DNA of 64,000 nt from the human T2T-CHM13v2.0 reference genome, Homo sapiens, in the NCBI RefSeq assembly GCF_009914755.1, contig NC_060935.1; one strand, written 5' to 3'. Position numbers and translations under genes: made by a program. A model generated the notes under the pieces. The model saw nothing but the letters and a program-made list of their open reading frames with translations, searched no databases and had not been told where the DNA came from. Each line of letters starts with the position of its first letter. The first letter of the stretch is position 1. This document shows, in pieces, positions 23,459-42,967 of the stretch.

Positions 23459-24394
23459 CTTGGCAACCCTGAGCCGCCTAAAACAGTATTGCTACTGGAC
23501 GATCCTCACCATCACAAATAATATTAACAAAACTAAAATAAAATGTTGGTTCAGTAACACTGCATCACCCTTTCTTGAACAGTATTACATGAGCAAACTT
23601 AAGGCTCTGAGAAGCCCTGCATTTAGCAAGAATGTACTTGACAAAATATTTCTCAAAAGCATCTGATTCTGGGAGGTTCTCTCCCTATAACGTGTATTAA
23701 TATCCAGCAGAATTGGCTACTGAAGAACCCATTTTGAAAAATGCTGGACTACAAGCTGGTACCGGTGCCTTCCATATACGTTGATGATTGGAGAACCCCA
23801 TGAGGCAGTCAGCATCCAGACCGGGCTCTTCTGGGTGGGCAGGAAGACTGGCTACTCTTCATGAGGCTTTCGGCCAAAGTCTGTCCCTTACTTCAACATT
23901 GTCTTCACCATGGAGAAGTCAGAGTGACCTGCCAGCTATGGGGTGGGGTGGGTGGGGTTTCGGAGTTCCCCCAAACAGTCTAAATCATGCCTTCCTACTG
24001 CTCTGGCCTCCTTTTGCCTCTCTTATTGGGATTAGAAAAAGAATGACAGCAGCAAAAATACAAAACACCAAACAACAAAAACCAAGACTGAACAATACCC
24101 CAAGCCACATCAGAGGAGCCTGCTGGGCACCCACCTGGGCAGAGTGGGATGCCTGGGTACCACTCCCAGCTCTGCCCCCTGGTCAATGCCAGTGTAGTCT
24201 CTGGGGGCCTCAGTTCCCCCAACTCTTCCTTCCTTCTGGGCCACCCTCCTTGGGTGGTGTGAGTGAGTGGGAGGCCAGGGCAGGCTTCATGGCAAAATCT
24301 CAGCCGTAAGGTGGCTGGAGACTCTTGATTTAAAGATTTAAAATGATCTACAGCCAGAATCCCAGATTAATCACAATTAGCAAGTTAACATCTG

Positions 24395-24580
24395 TTCAGC
24401 ATTTGACAGTTTACAAAGCAGTTAGGTAGTCATTCCTAAGATGAGCCCATGAAGTTAACAGTGCTTCTCCCCTCCATCAGTGAGGAAACTGAGGCACAGA
24501 GAGGATAAGCAGCTTGCTTGAGGTCACACGGCTAGCAAGTGGCAAAGCTGTGCTTTGAGCCTAAGTTTGTTGATTTTAAC
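24395..24580 (-). mobile_element. MIR SINE
   Basis: TGAGGAAACTGAGGCACAGAGAGG...CTTGCTTGAGGTCACACGGCTAG. Confidence 0.8.
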
Positions 24581-25869
24581 TAGACATTATTATGGAGCAA
24601 AAGACCTGGTCCCTACCTTTGAAGAGTTTTTGTTCCATTGAGGAAAAGAGGCTTATTCCATTCTACCTTTTATTGTCATTTTTTGGGGGTGTGTGTATTC
24701 ATGAATAAATTAATCTGTAAAGAGTATTACAGACATTGTCTCACTCAGGAAATCTGAATTCAGAGAAAGGAGGAATTTCCATGGGGCTGGTGGATAAGGG
24801 AGAATTCTTACAGGAAGCAGACCCAGAGCTAGGCCTTGAAGGATAATATACACAACCCAAGAAAAGTCTTCAACATATCAGTCATTTACACCATAGTATA
24901 AAATTGATGTAGTAGCCCATCTCTAATTGCAGGGGGAAAGCAAAACTTTCTGATTCATTCATTCAGGACAACATGTTGATCCAAATTGTGTGCTAGGAGC
25001 TGCACCAGCTTGCCCTCTGGAATAGGTCCTGCAGGGTCGTGGCATCCCTTTAAATGTGAGGAAGAAGGAGAGAGATCTACAAGGAGGCTGGATCCCCCAG
25101 CCAGGGAGTAAGGGAGCAGGATTAGCACCCAGCACCCTGCCTATGCTTTCTACCCACTTCTCTCTGTCAAAGTGGCTGATCTGCCCTCCTGGAGGGAGTG
25201 GTGTCCAGATCTCAAACAGGGCTGGGTGCTCAGGTGCTGGGCAGGGAGTTTTGGTGGGAGGGCATATGAAGTAAAGGAAACCAGGATCTGAGCCTCTGGA
25301 GGGAGCAAGTTGGAGTTGGAGCAAGAGGCAACTGGGATCTGAGTGTCTGGTCCACCAAAGAGGCAGAAGAAGGAAAAAGTTCCAGAGAGAGAATTAATAA
25401 AATCAAGGGAGGGTCAAGAGGTCAAGAAGTGGAGCTGGATGGAGGAGGCTGAGCCTGTGGGCATTGGGAAATAAGCTAATAGGGGCCCCTGGTCAGGTTG
25501 GACAATTAGCAATGGAGTTGTGTTTCTAATTACACTTCTGATCTCAACCTGTTTGGTTAGTGAATGAAATGAGGTATTGAGAGTAGGTGGGAAGTCGCTT
25601 TGAAAGTAGGGTAGGCTTGCAGGAGAAAGTGATTTATGAAATCTTCATTAGGGGCTGTTGGCTCATCACTCTGGCATTTACGTAGGTTGCCTGAATTTCT
25701 TCTTTTGACTTCCTACAGGGACTCTTGAAAGCAAGGTCCTCTTGATGTTTGCTCAGATCTCTTCTAGTCCTGGGGCTTTTCACATCTGTCTATAAGCCTG
25801 AGTTTCCCAGGTGACCTGTCCAGCTAGGGTGGCCCCTCTGGGCTCCATCTCCATCCTGGGCCACTCAAC

Positions 25870-26160
25870 ATCACCCCATACGGTCTCCCTGCTTCTCTTC
25901 AGGTTCAATTCTTACCTGTCCTTGATCTCTCCCCACACAGCCCACACTGGCCTTTCTGTCTCTTAAACATACCAAGCTTGGTCTCACCTCCAAGCCTTTG
26001 CCCGTGCTGTGCCCGCTGTCTGTAACACTCTTTCCCCAGATCCTCACAAGCCTTTTTCATGTAGGGCTAAGTTTAAAGATATCCTCCTCAAAAAGGCCTT
26101 CAGTGGCCACCCCATCTGAGAAACAGCTGTAGCATTGCTTTCTTCTCTTTATGGTGTTTG
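25870..26160 (+). mobile_element. L2 LINE fragment
   Basis: CCACACTGGCCTTTCTG...CCTTTGCCCGTGCTGTGCCCGCTGTCTGTAACACTCTTTCCCCAGAT. Confidence 0.65.
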
Positions 26161-26336
26161 AAAACAGGAAATTATTTATTTACTGTGTTGAGATGTAGTG
26201 TCTATTTTATTAATGTAATATATGAATTTGGCTTTAAAAGTGAAATAATATGATAAAAATAATATAATATTAAAAAAGCAGCCTCCTGCCTGCCTCCTAT
26301 TTGCTTTTCAAAAGCAACCATTTTTAGTTCTTTTAG

Positions 26337-26650
<314 letters not shown>

Positions 26651-26659
26651 TAGATTTCT

Positions 26660-28330
26660 AAATATTTCCTGTATTAGAAGTTCTTGACATCTCTATTTTA
26701 TACATTACCCACAGTTGTTCTACTGAAGGTTTAACTTTTACACACACATACACACAGGACCATAGTCGCCCTCCATACTCTCTGAATAATTTATCACAAT
26801 TTTTAATAAAAGTCATTATTCAGCTCTTTATAATCATGACTATGAAAATATTGTTTGAGGAAAAGCCATATGAAATAATGGAATTGTTTACTTTATTGCA
26901 TAATTTTTGTGTTTTTTTCTGCAGTGATTCAGCAATTATTAAATTGCTTCTTGTGCTCATTTTCTTAGCTTTTCATGTGCCCGTCATTAATTCTTCCCTA
27001 AACTCTCTGACAGCACTTTAAAATGTCTCTTAATATGAACTAGCACATGAGTCAGGCCAAAAATGCCACGTTTTAATTTCTTGGAGACAAAGCTCTGGGA
27101 GCTCCACCATGTCGTACTCCAATGAGGATTGTTTGATTTGGGGGCACAGCTGTAGTTCTAGAAAATTCCATCTTGTTGGATCCTAGATCCCATTGTCTTG
27201 GTTTACACTGCTCTTGGATTAGCACACATTGTTGCAAGAGGTCAAATAGTAAGTATTCTCGGGTTTGCTGGCCACATAGTCTCACAACTATTAGACTCTG
27301 CCATTGTTGTGTGAGAGCAGTCAAGCATAAATGACTGAGCATGGCTGCCTTCCAATAATATTTTATTTACAAAAACAAGTGATGGGGTGCATTTGGCCAG
27401 CAGGTCATAGTTTGCCATCCCCTGGCTTACACCCTCTTTTTGATAGAGCTCATCCTTCAGTAGCTTCTTGAGAAAGGGTGCCTCGGAGATAGTTTTAAAA
27501 AAAATTTGCACGTCAAAAAAAGTCATCATTCCACCTTCATGTTTGATTGACAGTTTGGCTGGATATTTAATCTGAGGCTGGAAGTCACATTTCCTCAGAA
27601 TTTTTAGGCCATTCCTCTGTTGTTTTCTAGAGATTTGTGTTTCTGCTGAGAAGTTTGATACTATTCTGATTCTTGGCATATGATTTAGTGTTTTCTGTCT
27701 AAAAGTCTTTAGGATCTCTTTATCCTGGGGATTTTTGAAATTTCCTGATGATATCCCTTGATGATTTTGGTTTTCATCCATTGTCTGGGCAAATAATGGC
27801 TCCTAAAAAACATCTCATTCTAATAATCCACAGCCTTCAGTTTGGGGAAAGTTTCTTGTATTATTTCTTCAATATTAAATGCTCCCCACCCACTCCATTT
27901 CTCTACTCTCTTTTTCTGGAATTAATGAGTTAGTTGCTGAAATTCTGGGCTGAATTCACTACTTTAAATTTTTTTCTCTTATTTTTTCTTTATCTTTTTT
28001 TGGTCTTTTTTTCTGAGTTATTTCCTTCTCTCTATCTTCTATTGAATATTTTATTTTAGCTCTTACATTTAATTTTGAAGAGCTATTTCTAAATCTGTTC
28101 CTTTTTATAACTGCCTGTAGTTTCATGGATGAAATATCTTCCCATATGTTACGAGGATATAAATTATAATTTTCTTCAGCTTTTTCTTTTGCTTCCTGAA
28201 TTTATCTGTGTTTCCCCGATCTCTTCTTCCCTGCACCCCTGTTTTGTTTTCTGCTTTTCATGTCAGAGGATTCCTTGGATCCCTGGTGATCCTTGGCTGT
28301 TTGCATTGGAGGAATGCTCTGTAAAGCTGG
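26660..28330 (-). mobile_element. Ancient L1M fragment including ORF1 C-terminal region
   Basis: ORF 27242-27781 translates ...DKEILKTFRQK...IRIVSNFSAET...LKILRKCDFQPQIKYPAKLSIKHEG...PFLKKLLKDEL, which is L1 ORF1p RRM/CTD-like. Confidence 0.75.
27215..27424 (-). mobile_element. MER58A inserted in the ancient L1
   Basis: CATGGCTGCCTTCCAATAATATTTTATTTACAAAAACAAGTG...CATAGTTTGCCATCCCCTG. Confidence 0.8.
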
Positions 28331-29119
28331 CTGGAAGCCTGTGAAAGTAGGCAGTTTGTGTGGGATTATTGGAGAGGGACCCAGACCTTTAGTTAGGAGT
28401 TCCCCAAATTAGTATCTCTCCGTCTCTTTCTTTGGGCTGAGGATTTCTACAGAGATGGATCCGCAGTCTTTTTCCTCTTTTACCTGGTTGGGGGTAAAAC
28501 TTGGGCTTCCTGGGTTCTGGGAATCACGTGGGGAGAGGGGAGTAGAAGTTCCTTCCATTTCACTCTCCTGCTTGCTCCCTAAATCCAGGGTCTGTCTGCT
28601 GCAGTTTTTCCTGAGTGTCACCGCCACCTCCAGGCATCACTGGTGCATCAAACTCCCAGCTTTTCCTGAATTTTGTGGCTCAGATTGGCTTCTTTCTTTT
28701 GGGCACTCCCCTCTCCGGCCGTTGGGTTTCAGCTTTTCCCGTCTGCAAAGTCAGTTCTCTTTCACTTTCCATCTTTCAAGAGTTCTTTGACCCCATCCCC
28801 TGGCATCTTCCCCTTTTCCTTCCTCATTGCTGTTGTCGTTTGAGGGAAATTTTAGGAAGGAGTGGAGATAAACTCACGTATCTAAGTGGAAGTTCTCTTT
28901 ATTCTGCTCTTGTCTGCCTCCCTGCTGGGCACCAAGGGGGCAGGAAACTTGTCAGTCTTGTTTGTGGCTTAACATCATCCAAAGGGGCTGGGCAAATCTT
29001 AGATAAAAGCTGGCCCAGGAGAGGACACCTGGGGCTATGTGGGGAGTTCAGGAGGTGCAGTGGGCAAGACGAGCCCCCCTTACCAACTCCTACTTGAAAC
29101 AGCATCTCTTTCATCAATT

Positions 29120-29441
29120 TCTACCCACCCATTCATATACCTCATCTTTACTGAGCCTCTACCATGTGCTTGGCAGTGTGCAAAACCCTGGAGAGACAGC
29201 AGTGGACAAGACATACATATAACCACTGTCATCATGGAGCCTGCAGTCTAAAGGATGAATTGTTACAGTCAGGTGGGGTAAGCACTTAGGAAAAAATACA
29301 CACACTATGGTCCAGGGGGCTGAAGAAGTGAGAGTTAAGACCATTCGGATGGTCAGTGGAGATGAAGCCATCCTGTTGAGGAGAAGCCTGGCTAGACAGT
29401 GAAGTGTCCTGGGCAGAGGGGACAGCAGGTGCAAAGCCTGG
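29120..29441 (-). mobile_element. L2 LINE 3' fragment (outer host of the nested cluster)
   Basis: TTTACTGAGCCTCTACCATGTGCTTGGCAGTGTGC...GGCAGAGGGGACAGCAGGTGCAAAG. Confidence 0.7.
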
Positions 29442-30388
29442 TGTATCAGTTAGCTACAGCTGCATAACAAATTATTCCAAAATTAGTGGCAAAACAGCAA
29501 CATTTATGATCTCACACTTTCTGTGGATCAGGAATCTGGACATGGTTTTGCTGGGTCATTTGGGTCACTAGGTGGCCATCAAGGTGTCAGCCAGAGCCAA
29601 AGTCATTTTAAGGCTCAATCAGGGGTGGATCTGTTTCCAAACTCACTCAGTTAGACATTTGCATGATTTGGTTCCTCCCAGGCTGTTGGACCGAAAGTCT
29701 CACTTCCTCCCAAGCTGTTGGTTCAACTGGTTCCTTGCTGTGTAGACCCATCCACAGAGTGGCTTACAGCACAGCAGTTTGCTACATCAGAGCTAGAGGT
29801 GAGAGAGCAAGAGTGTGAGCAGGACAGAAGTCACAGTTTTCTGTAGTCCCATTTCGGAGGGTCACTTTTGTAGCTTCACCCCATCACTGTTGCTTAGCAG
29901 TGGTTAGAAGGGAGTCACTATGTCAAATCCACACTCAAAGGGAGGGGATTTCACAAGGGCATGAGCACCAGGAGGTGGTGATCACTGAGAGTCATACTAT
30001 TTATTTATATTTTATTTTTTGAGACAGGGTCTCACTCTGTCACCCAGGCTGGAGTACAGTGGTGCAATTACGGCTCACTGTAGCCTCGAACTCCTGGGCT
30101 CAAGCAATCCTCCCACCTCAGCCTCCTGAGTAGCTGGGACTACAGGCACCCACCATCATGCCCAGCTAATTTTTAATTTTTTTTATTATACTTTAAGTTC
30201 TAGGGTACATGTGCACAACGTGCAGGTTTGTTACATATATATACATGTGCCATGTTGGTGTGCTGTACCCATTAACTCGTTATTTACATTAGGTATATCT
30301 CCTAATGCTATCCCTCCCCCCTCCCCCCACCCCACAACAGGCCCCAGTGTGTGATTTTCCCAGCCCTGTGTCCAAGTGTTCTCGTTGT

Positions 30389-34256
<3,868 letters not shown>

Positions 34257-34318
34257 TACTATGTTAGGTGTTATTTTGCTCGTTAGTTGATGCCGTTTCT
34301 TCTTAGTATTGATGGTCT

Positions 34319-35650
<1,332 letters not shown>

Positions 35651-36628
35651 CTTTGTGGTTTTATCTACCTTTGGTCTTTGATGATGGTGATGTACAGATG
35701 GGGTCTTGGTGTGGATGTCCTCCTTTCTGTTTGTTAGTTTTCCTTCTAACAGTCAGGACCCTCAGCTGCAGGTCTTTTGGAGTTTGCTGGAGGTCCACTC
35801 CAGACCCTGTTTGTCTGGGTATCACCAGCAGAGGCTACAGAACAGCAAATATTGCAGAATGGCAAATGTTGCTGCTTAATCGTTTCTCTGGAAGCTTCAT
35901 CTCAGAGGGGCACCCAGCTGTATGAGGTGTCAGTCAGCCCCTACTGGGAGGTGTCTCCCAGTTAGGCTACTTGGGGGTCAGGTACCCACTTGAGGAGGCA
36001 GTCTGTCCGTTCTCAGATCTCAAACTCCATGCTGGGAGAACCACTACTCTCTTCAAAGCTGTCAGACGGGGACTTTTAAGTCTGCAAACGTTTCTGCTGC
36101 CTTTTGTTCAGCTATGCCCTGCCCCCAGATGTGGAGTCTACAGAGGCAGGCAGGCCTCCTTGAACTGTGGCAGGCTACACCCAGTTCGAGCTTCCTGGCC
36201 ACTTTGTTTACCTATTCAAGCCTCAGCAATGGCGGACGCCAGCACCCTCAGCCTCGCTGCCGCCTTGCAGTTCAATCTCAGACTGCTGTGCTAGCAGCGA
36301 GTGGGGCTCTGTGGGCATGGGACCTAAATGCAGTATTAGGTTAGGAGTGTCCTGATTTTCCAGGTACTGTCTGTCACGGCTTCCCTTGGCTAGGAAAGGG
36401 AATTCCCTGACCCCTTGTGCTTCCTGGGTGAGGTGATGCCCCACCCTGCTTCGGCTCACACTCCATGGGCTGCACCCACTGTCTGACAAACTCCATTGAG
36501 ATTAACCCCGTACCTTAGTTGGAAATGCAGGAATCACCCATCTTCTGCATCACTCACACTGGGAGCTATAGACTGGAGCTGTTCCTATTCGGCCATCTTG
36601 GACACAAATTTTCAAATTTTTTTTGTAG

Positions 36629-37078
<450 letters not shown>

Positions 37079-38540
37079 AGAGAGCCATTTTAGAAGCACC
37101 CAGCATACCTGGGCTGTGGCACTGCTGTGTTGGACTTAAGTGTCTATATTAGTATCTGGCAAAGCTGGGACCAAGAATGTGAGGCAGAGAGTTGGGGGTG
37201 AATTAGCCAGTGCCACTGAAGCTCTTTTGGCAGTTATCTGAGTTTGCACAGGCTGCCATTACAAAATGCCACAGACTGGAGGGCTTAGATAGCAGAGAGA
37301 GACAGGCAGCGAGCCTCTCGGAACATGACAGGGACACAGGAGACATTCTTCAGGGTGCGCGAGGGGAAACCAAAGCCTGGAAGGACAGTGAGCTCTGGCA
37401 ATATTGATTGTTCTCCTTCTGGGGCTCCTGGCCGCAAGTCCCTGTGCCCGCCCTGGATTAAAGCCCCATATTGCTGCAATCCTGGCCTCCAATGAAGAGA
37501 CTTCCAACAATGCAAAACCACTAATGAGGCAATCCTGATGGAAGGCATGGTCCCCACCCTCACATGCCCCTCCTGCGTCTCTGCTTTGAAATCCCATCCA
37601 GCAGCGGGACCACTGGGCCTTGACTGGCTGGAAGCCCTCTTCCCTCTGTGCCGGGGGCTCACAACCCAGAGTGGAAGCGCTCCCTGGATTGGACTGGCCC
37701 CTCCCTGACCGACCTCCTGCTCTTGGGCTTGTTGCTGCGAAACTCACTTCTTGGCGGTGGTTCATCTGTCCCACCATGGGAACCTCACTGGCTGAGGCCG
37801 CCTTGCCAAGTTGCTCAAGCGTTTACCACACGAAGGCAAGCTGGCCGGGAGCAGCAGGGGGGAACTGGGCTCCCTTCTCTGCAGAAGGAGCAGGAGGAGG
37901 AGCTGCTGTCTTTCTGTGGTGCCCGGCCCTGGTGGGGGGCCGAGGTGACACCTCAGGGACCCTTTCCTGCACCCACCCACCCAGCCTTGCCAGAAGCTTC
38001 CTGGGTGTTAGGCTGAGTGGCAGGAAAGCAGAGCCCTGCAGGAAGACTCTGCTCTGAGCTGCTAAAGAGTAACAGAGTGTGTCTCCCCAGAGCATCTCTG
38101 CAGAGCCAGCCACTGAAACATGGTGTGCCCTGACTCAGCTTTCCAGGCTAGCTGCCCTCTCATTGCCTGTGGGAACTGGAGCAGGATGGGGCAGAAAGCA
38201 AACAGTGTCGGGAGAGCCCTTGTGGGGCTCGGCATCCCTGCTGACCCCTTCCCTCCTTACCTTCTTGGCCAATATTGACTAGCAGGACACTGAGGCATGG
38301 CCCATGACAAGGGCCTGATTGCAAACCTCTGGGAACTCATATGTGAAGCCACTGAATGGGGGGAGGGGTCCATCCTTTCTGCCCACCTGGCCCATAGGGC
38401 AGGAGGCTTTTGGGTCATGAGACCCACTGAGGAAGCTGTCCCAAAGTAGTTTTCCTGGCAGAAGACCATGGAAGGTTATAGACTTTCTTAAAGAGTCTCC
38501 ATTTATTTTCAGGTGTTTCAGGGGGAAAATGAAAATATGA

Positions 38541-38827
38541 ACCAGGTGTGCTGGGTCATGCCTGTAATCCCAGAGCTCTGAGAGGCCGAGGCAGGAGGGT
38601 GGCTTGAGCCCAGGACTTCGAGACCAGTCTGGGCAACAGAGCAAGACTCTCTCTCTCTTTAAAAAAAATTAAATTAAATTAAATTAAAAATTAGCTGGGT
38701 GTGTTGGTACGTGTCTGTAGTTGGATCTTTTGGGCCCAGGAATTTGAGGCGTTTGTGAGCTAGGATTGTGCCACTGTACTCCAGCCTGGGCGACAGAACG
38801 AGACACCATCTCTCCAAAGAAAAAAAG
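38541..38827 (+). mobile_element. AluJ with right-arm deletion and (AAATT)n linker
   Basis: GCTTGAGCCCAGGA diagnostic; right arm jumps from TGTAGT to GGATC. Confidence 0.9.
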
Positions 38828-38859
38828 TTTTTTTTTTTAATGTGTGAAGCACATTACTT

Positions 38860-39010
38860 TCAGGATTATATTTAATCCTTTAAGGACTCTATGAAATACA
38901 TACTATTACTCTTCTCATTTTAGAAATGAGGAAACTGAGGCATGGAGATGCTGAGGAAGAGTCTCAAGGCCACATTGTAAGTGCAGAGTTGAGACTCGAA
39001 CCCACAGCTG
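38860..39010 (-). mobile_element. MIR SINE
   Basis: CATTTTAGAAATGAGGAAACTGAGGC...GACTCGAACCCA. Confidence 0.8.
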
Positions 39011-39744
39011 TCTGCATGGTCAGCACTCATCTCCCCTGTCCTGCTTATCCTTGGTCATTTGCCCTGAAGAGTCCCAGGTCCTTCTTGTCTCTGTTGCACT
39101 CCACCCCATGCAGTGTAGAGGAAGGATTTCTTGGTGGGAAAGAGGCAGAGATCCCACTTCCTTGTTCTGCTGGTGGCTGATTGAGTTACAATTCATTGCA
39201 GTAACACTGTGGAGTAAATTGGGGTCTCTCGAAATCCAGGGCAGTCCTTTGGCTCAGGTCCAGCCTCTCTTTAACCTGCCTCTCTTCTCCCTGGCATAGC
39301 TCTTGGGACAGTTCAGTAAGGGCTTTCAGTTTCAGAAGCTGCAGATCCCAAGGTACAACCTCTAAAAGAAAAGTTTTTCTTTGCTGCAAAACACACGCCC
39401 CACCCATCCTTTTATGCTCCTTGCTAGTTCTGTCATCTTCAGCAAGTGACTTCATCTTTTTTAACCTCAGCTTCCTCATCTGTAAAATGGGAATAGCAGT
39501 ACTCAATTCTCAAGGCTGATATGAGGGTTAAATGAGATGATGTGTCACTTTCATTCTTCCTTCATCTTTGCTCCAGATCAAGCCTAACTGTCATTCTCAT
39601 TCTCCATACATAGTCCTCCTTTGGGGGAGGAGGGAGGATTAGGGCTGGGAGACTTTAGCTGTCACCCCAGAACTTTAACCCAGGCCAACTGGACCATATG
39701 CTGTATAGCCAGCACCCCATATAGAAGTTTACATATCTTCCTCG

Positions 39745-40060
39745 TTTGCTGTCATGCATGACTTCTGTCCCCTGCATGACTTCTGTCCTCTGCTTTCTTT
39801 CTGGTAACAGAATTGAGATTTTTCTTCAGGGCGCCATTGGCCCTTGAAGTTCAGATGGACCAGACTTTGTCTTGGTTTCAAGACAGGGCATGTGATCAGG
39901 CTTGCCCAATCAGAACATGACACTCTGTAGTCAGGTGACTGGCTCAGGAATGGTCATGTGATTCAGGCTGGGCCAATGATAGCCTTGGCTGGGACTTCTG
40001 CAGGATTGATCCAGTCCTCTTTCCTCTGAGATTGCCGATTTGGTAGAATGTAAGCCCCAA
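39745..40060 (+). mobile_element. MLT1K-like LTR fragment with an 18-bp internal tandem duplication
   Basis: GGGCATGTGATCAGGCTTGCCCAATCAG...GGTCATGTGATTCAGGCTGGGCCAATGA; GCATGACTTCTGTCC twice at ~39756-39790. Confidence 0.6.
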
Positions 40061-40311
40061 GAGAAAGGTCAAAATCGTGGGGATCACTTGGGGAGAAACT
40101 GAAGCAACCGACCCATGTGGCTTACTTTTTTCTCTCAAGAGGGACTCAGATGAAGATAAAGAGGGAAACATGGATAGGTTTGACAATCATGACTCTAGAC
40201 CCACATTCTACAAGATTCTCTATAGAAAGGAGTCCATAGCCCAATGAATCTGGAAAACCCCGAATGCCCTACTCTCCTCTTGGAGTGTCAGAGTACACAT
40301 TGGCATATTGA

Positions 40312-40674
<363 letters not shown>

Positions 40675-41637
40675 TAACACATTTCCTAAACTTTTTGGAC
40701 TATGAAACCCTTATTTCAGTCATTCGACAAATATTTATTAGAGCCTACTATATGCCAGGATACAAAGGTGAAGAAGATAGGCAAAGTTCTGGCCCTTAGG
40801 AGCTGACATGCTCCCGTCACTCTTATGAACACCCTTACATTAGTGGATAGATGGGGAAACTGTTTTAGGCCAAGTTTAAAGGGCTGAACCTGAACCTGGC
40901 CCCTAAGGATGCATATAGCCAAGTCTTCTTCAGGCCTTCATTACCTTGCGTGTGCCTTCTTGGTGCAGTGTGGGATTTCCCAGGAACATTGCTGATCCCA
41001 CTTGACCAAGCCATACAGCCAAAAAGGGCCTGGAACTGCCCTGCACGGGTTACTTCTGCCAGTCTGGACTTGTGCCGGGAGTGCTGGATTGGCCCAGGCC
41101 AGCTGGGTAGCTCTGAAATGTGCTAGTGACACAGTAGCACCGGAAGTAGTGGTGGGATGGGAAGTGCAGGTAAGATTGGGTGGGTATCGCTTAGTACTTA
41201 CAAGATTCAAGTTCCGGTCCTCACTACTCAGCCTTACCTGAACCAAGGACTTCCCAGAAAACAGTCACCTTAAAACTTTTGGTGAATTGCACGGCATATA
41301 AATAAATAGAAATATTAACTTTCAATGGACTTTGACTCATTTTCTCCCATACAAGAAGACATTGAAACACATATGCATCCTTGGTTGCTGCAGAACATTT
41401 TCACTGGTCCAGGCCAGTGACTGTCTGCAAGTTTACCTTAATAGTGTCAGACCTCAACTTGCTCTTTCCTTTAAATGGGCATATCGACATGGCTCCCGGA
41501 AGAGCTGAGAGTCACTCAGAGAAAATAGCAGCCAGCCAGTCCCTGAGGCCCCATCTGTCCCCCATACATTAGCCATCTCTTTGCAGGTTGTAGTGGGTGT
41601 GCACTGCACGGGGCTAGAAGGGAGGGGCCACAGGTGA

Positions 41638-41972
<335 letters not shown>

Positions 41973-42410
41973 CCTGCAGCGTCTTGACTGGGCCATCTTT
42001 GCCGCCAAGTTTTTAGGTGGCTTCTTTCTTCTTTTTTTGCTTTCTCATTTTTGACCTTTGAATGAACTGTCTTGTGTTTTTTTTTCTTTCCTCCTGCAAA
42101 ATAATTCCCTAAAGAGACCTTCTATTTTCTGACACTTACAGGACAGCAGCAGCCGCCTCCCCACCCCCATCTACTTGGCCTCCTCCAGCACAGAGAGACA
42201 GGAACGATGGTGGGGGCTGGGGTGAGGGAAGCAGCAGAGAGGCAAGGGGCTCCCAGAATATGACAGAGTCAGGGAAGAGGCATTCCTGGGATGCACATCT
42301 CCACTCATTTCCTTCCAGACCTTTCCCTGGATCCTAAGTCAGTCTAACCAGATCTTTTGGGGACTTTCAAAGAATCCAAGATTTTGGGAGGCACCTTAGA
42401 GATCAAGTAC

Positions 42411-42967
42411 TGTGGTCAGCAGTTCCTACAATGGCTCCCAGCCATCCCCACTCCTGATATTCACACCTGCGTGTAAATCTCTCTCCTTGAGTATGAACTT
42501 GGCCTAGTGACTTAACTTCTAATGAATAAAATATGCACAAGTGATGGGATGTCACTTCCAAGATGAAGTTACCAAAGACCGGGACTTCTGTCTTTCAAGC
42601 ACTCTCTTGCTCTCTCTCCTCTGCTCACGGCAAGGAAGCCAGCTGTCATATTGGAAACTGCCCTGTGGAGAAGTCCATGTCTATAGTGTGGTCTCTGGCC
42701 AATAGACCAGCCAGACCAAGGGTGTGGTATTCCCAATAGACCAGCCAGGGAGGAAACTGAATCCTGTATATAGCCACCTGGGACGTAGTGCTCTCCCCAG
42801 TCAAGCCCTGAGACGGCTGCAGCCTTAGATGGCACCTTGACCACAGCCTGTGAAAACCCATCTAAGCCATGACCAGATTCCTGATCCACAGAATCTGTGA
42901 GATAAGTGTGGCTGTCTCAAGCCGCTATGTTCTGGGGTAACTTGTTACAGAGCAGTAGATAGATACA
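42411..42967 (+). mobile_element. MLT1F-like solo LTR inside a MIR
   Basis: TGTGGTCAGCAG...GTGATGGGATGTCACTTCC...TTGTTACAGAGCAGTAGATAGATACA; TSD AGTAC at 42406-42410 and 42968-42972. Confidence 0.88.

Noticed and set aside
37259-38113. Overlapping 120-170 aa ORFs in a GC-rich stretch
   Set aside because: Open on both strands because of high GC; no homology or exon signals I can support.
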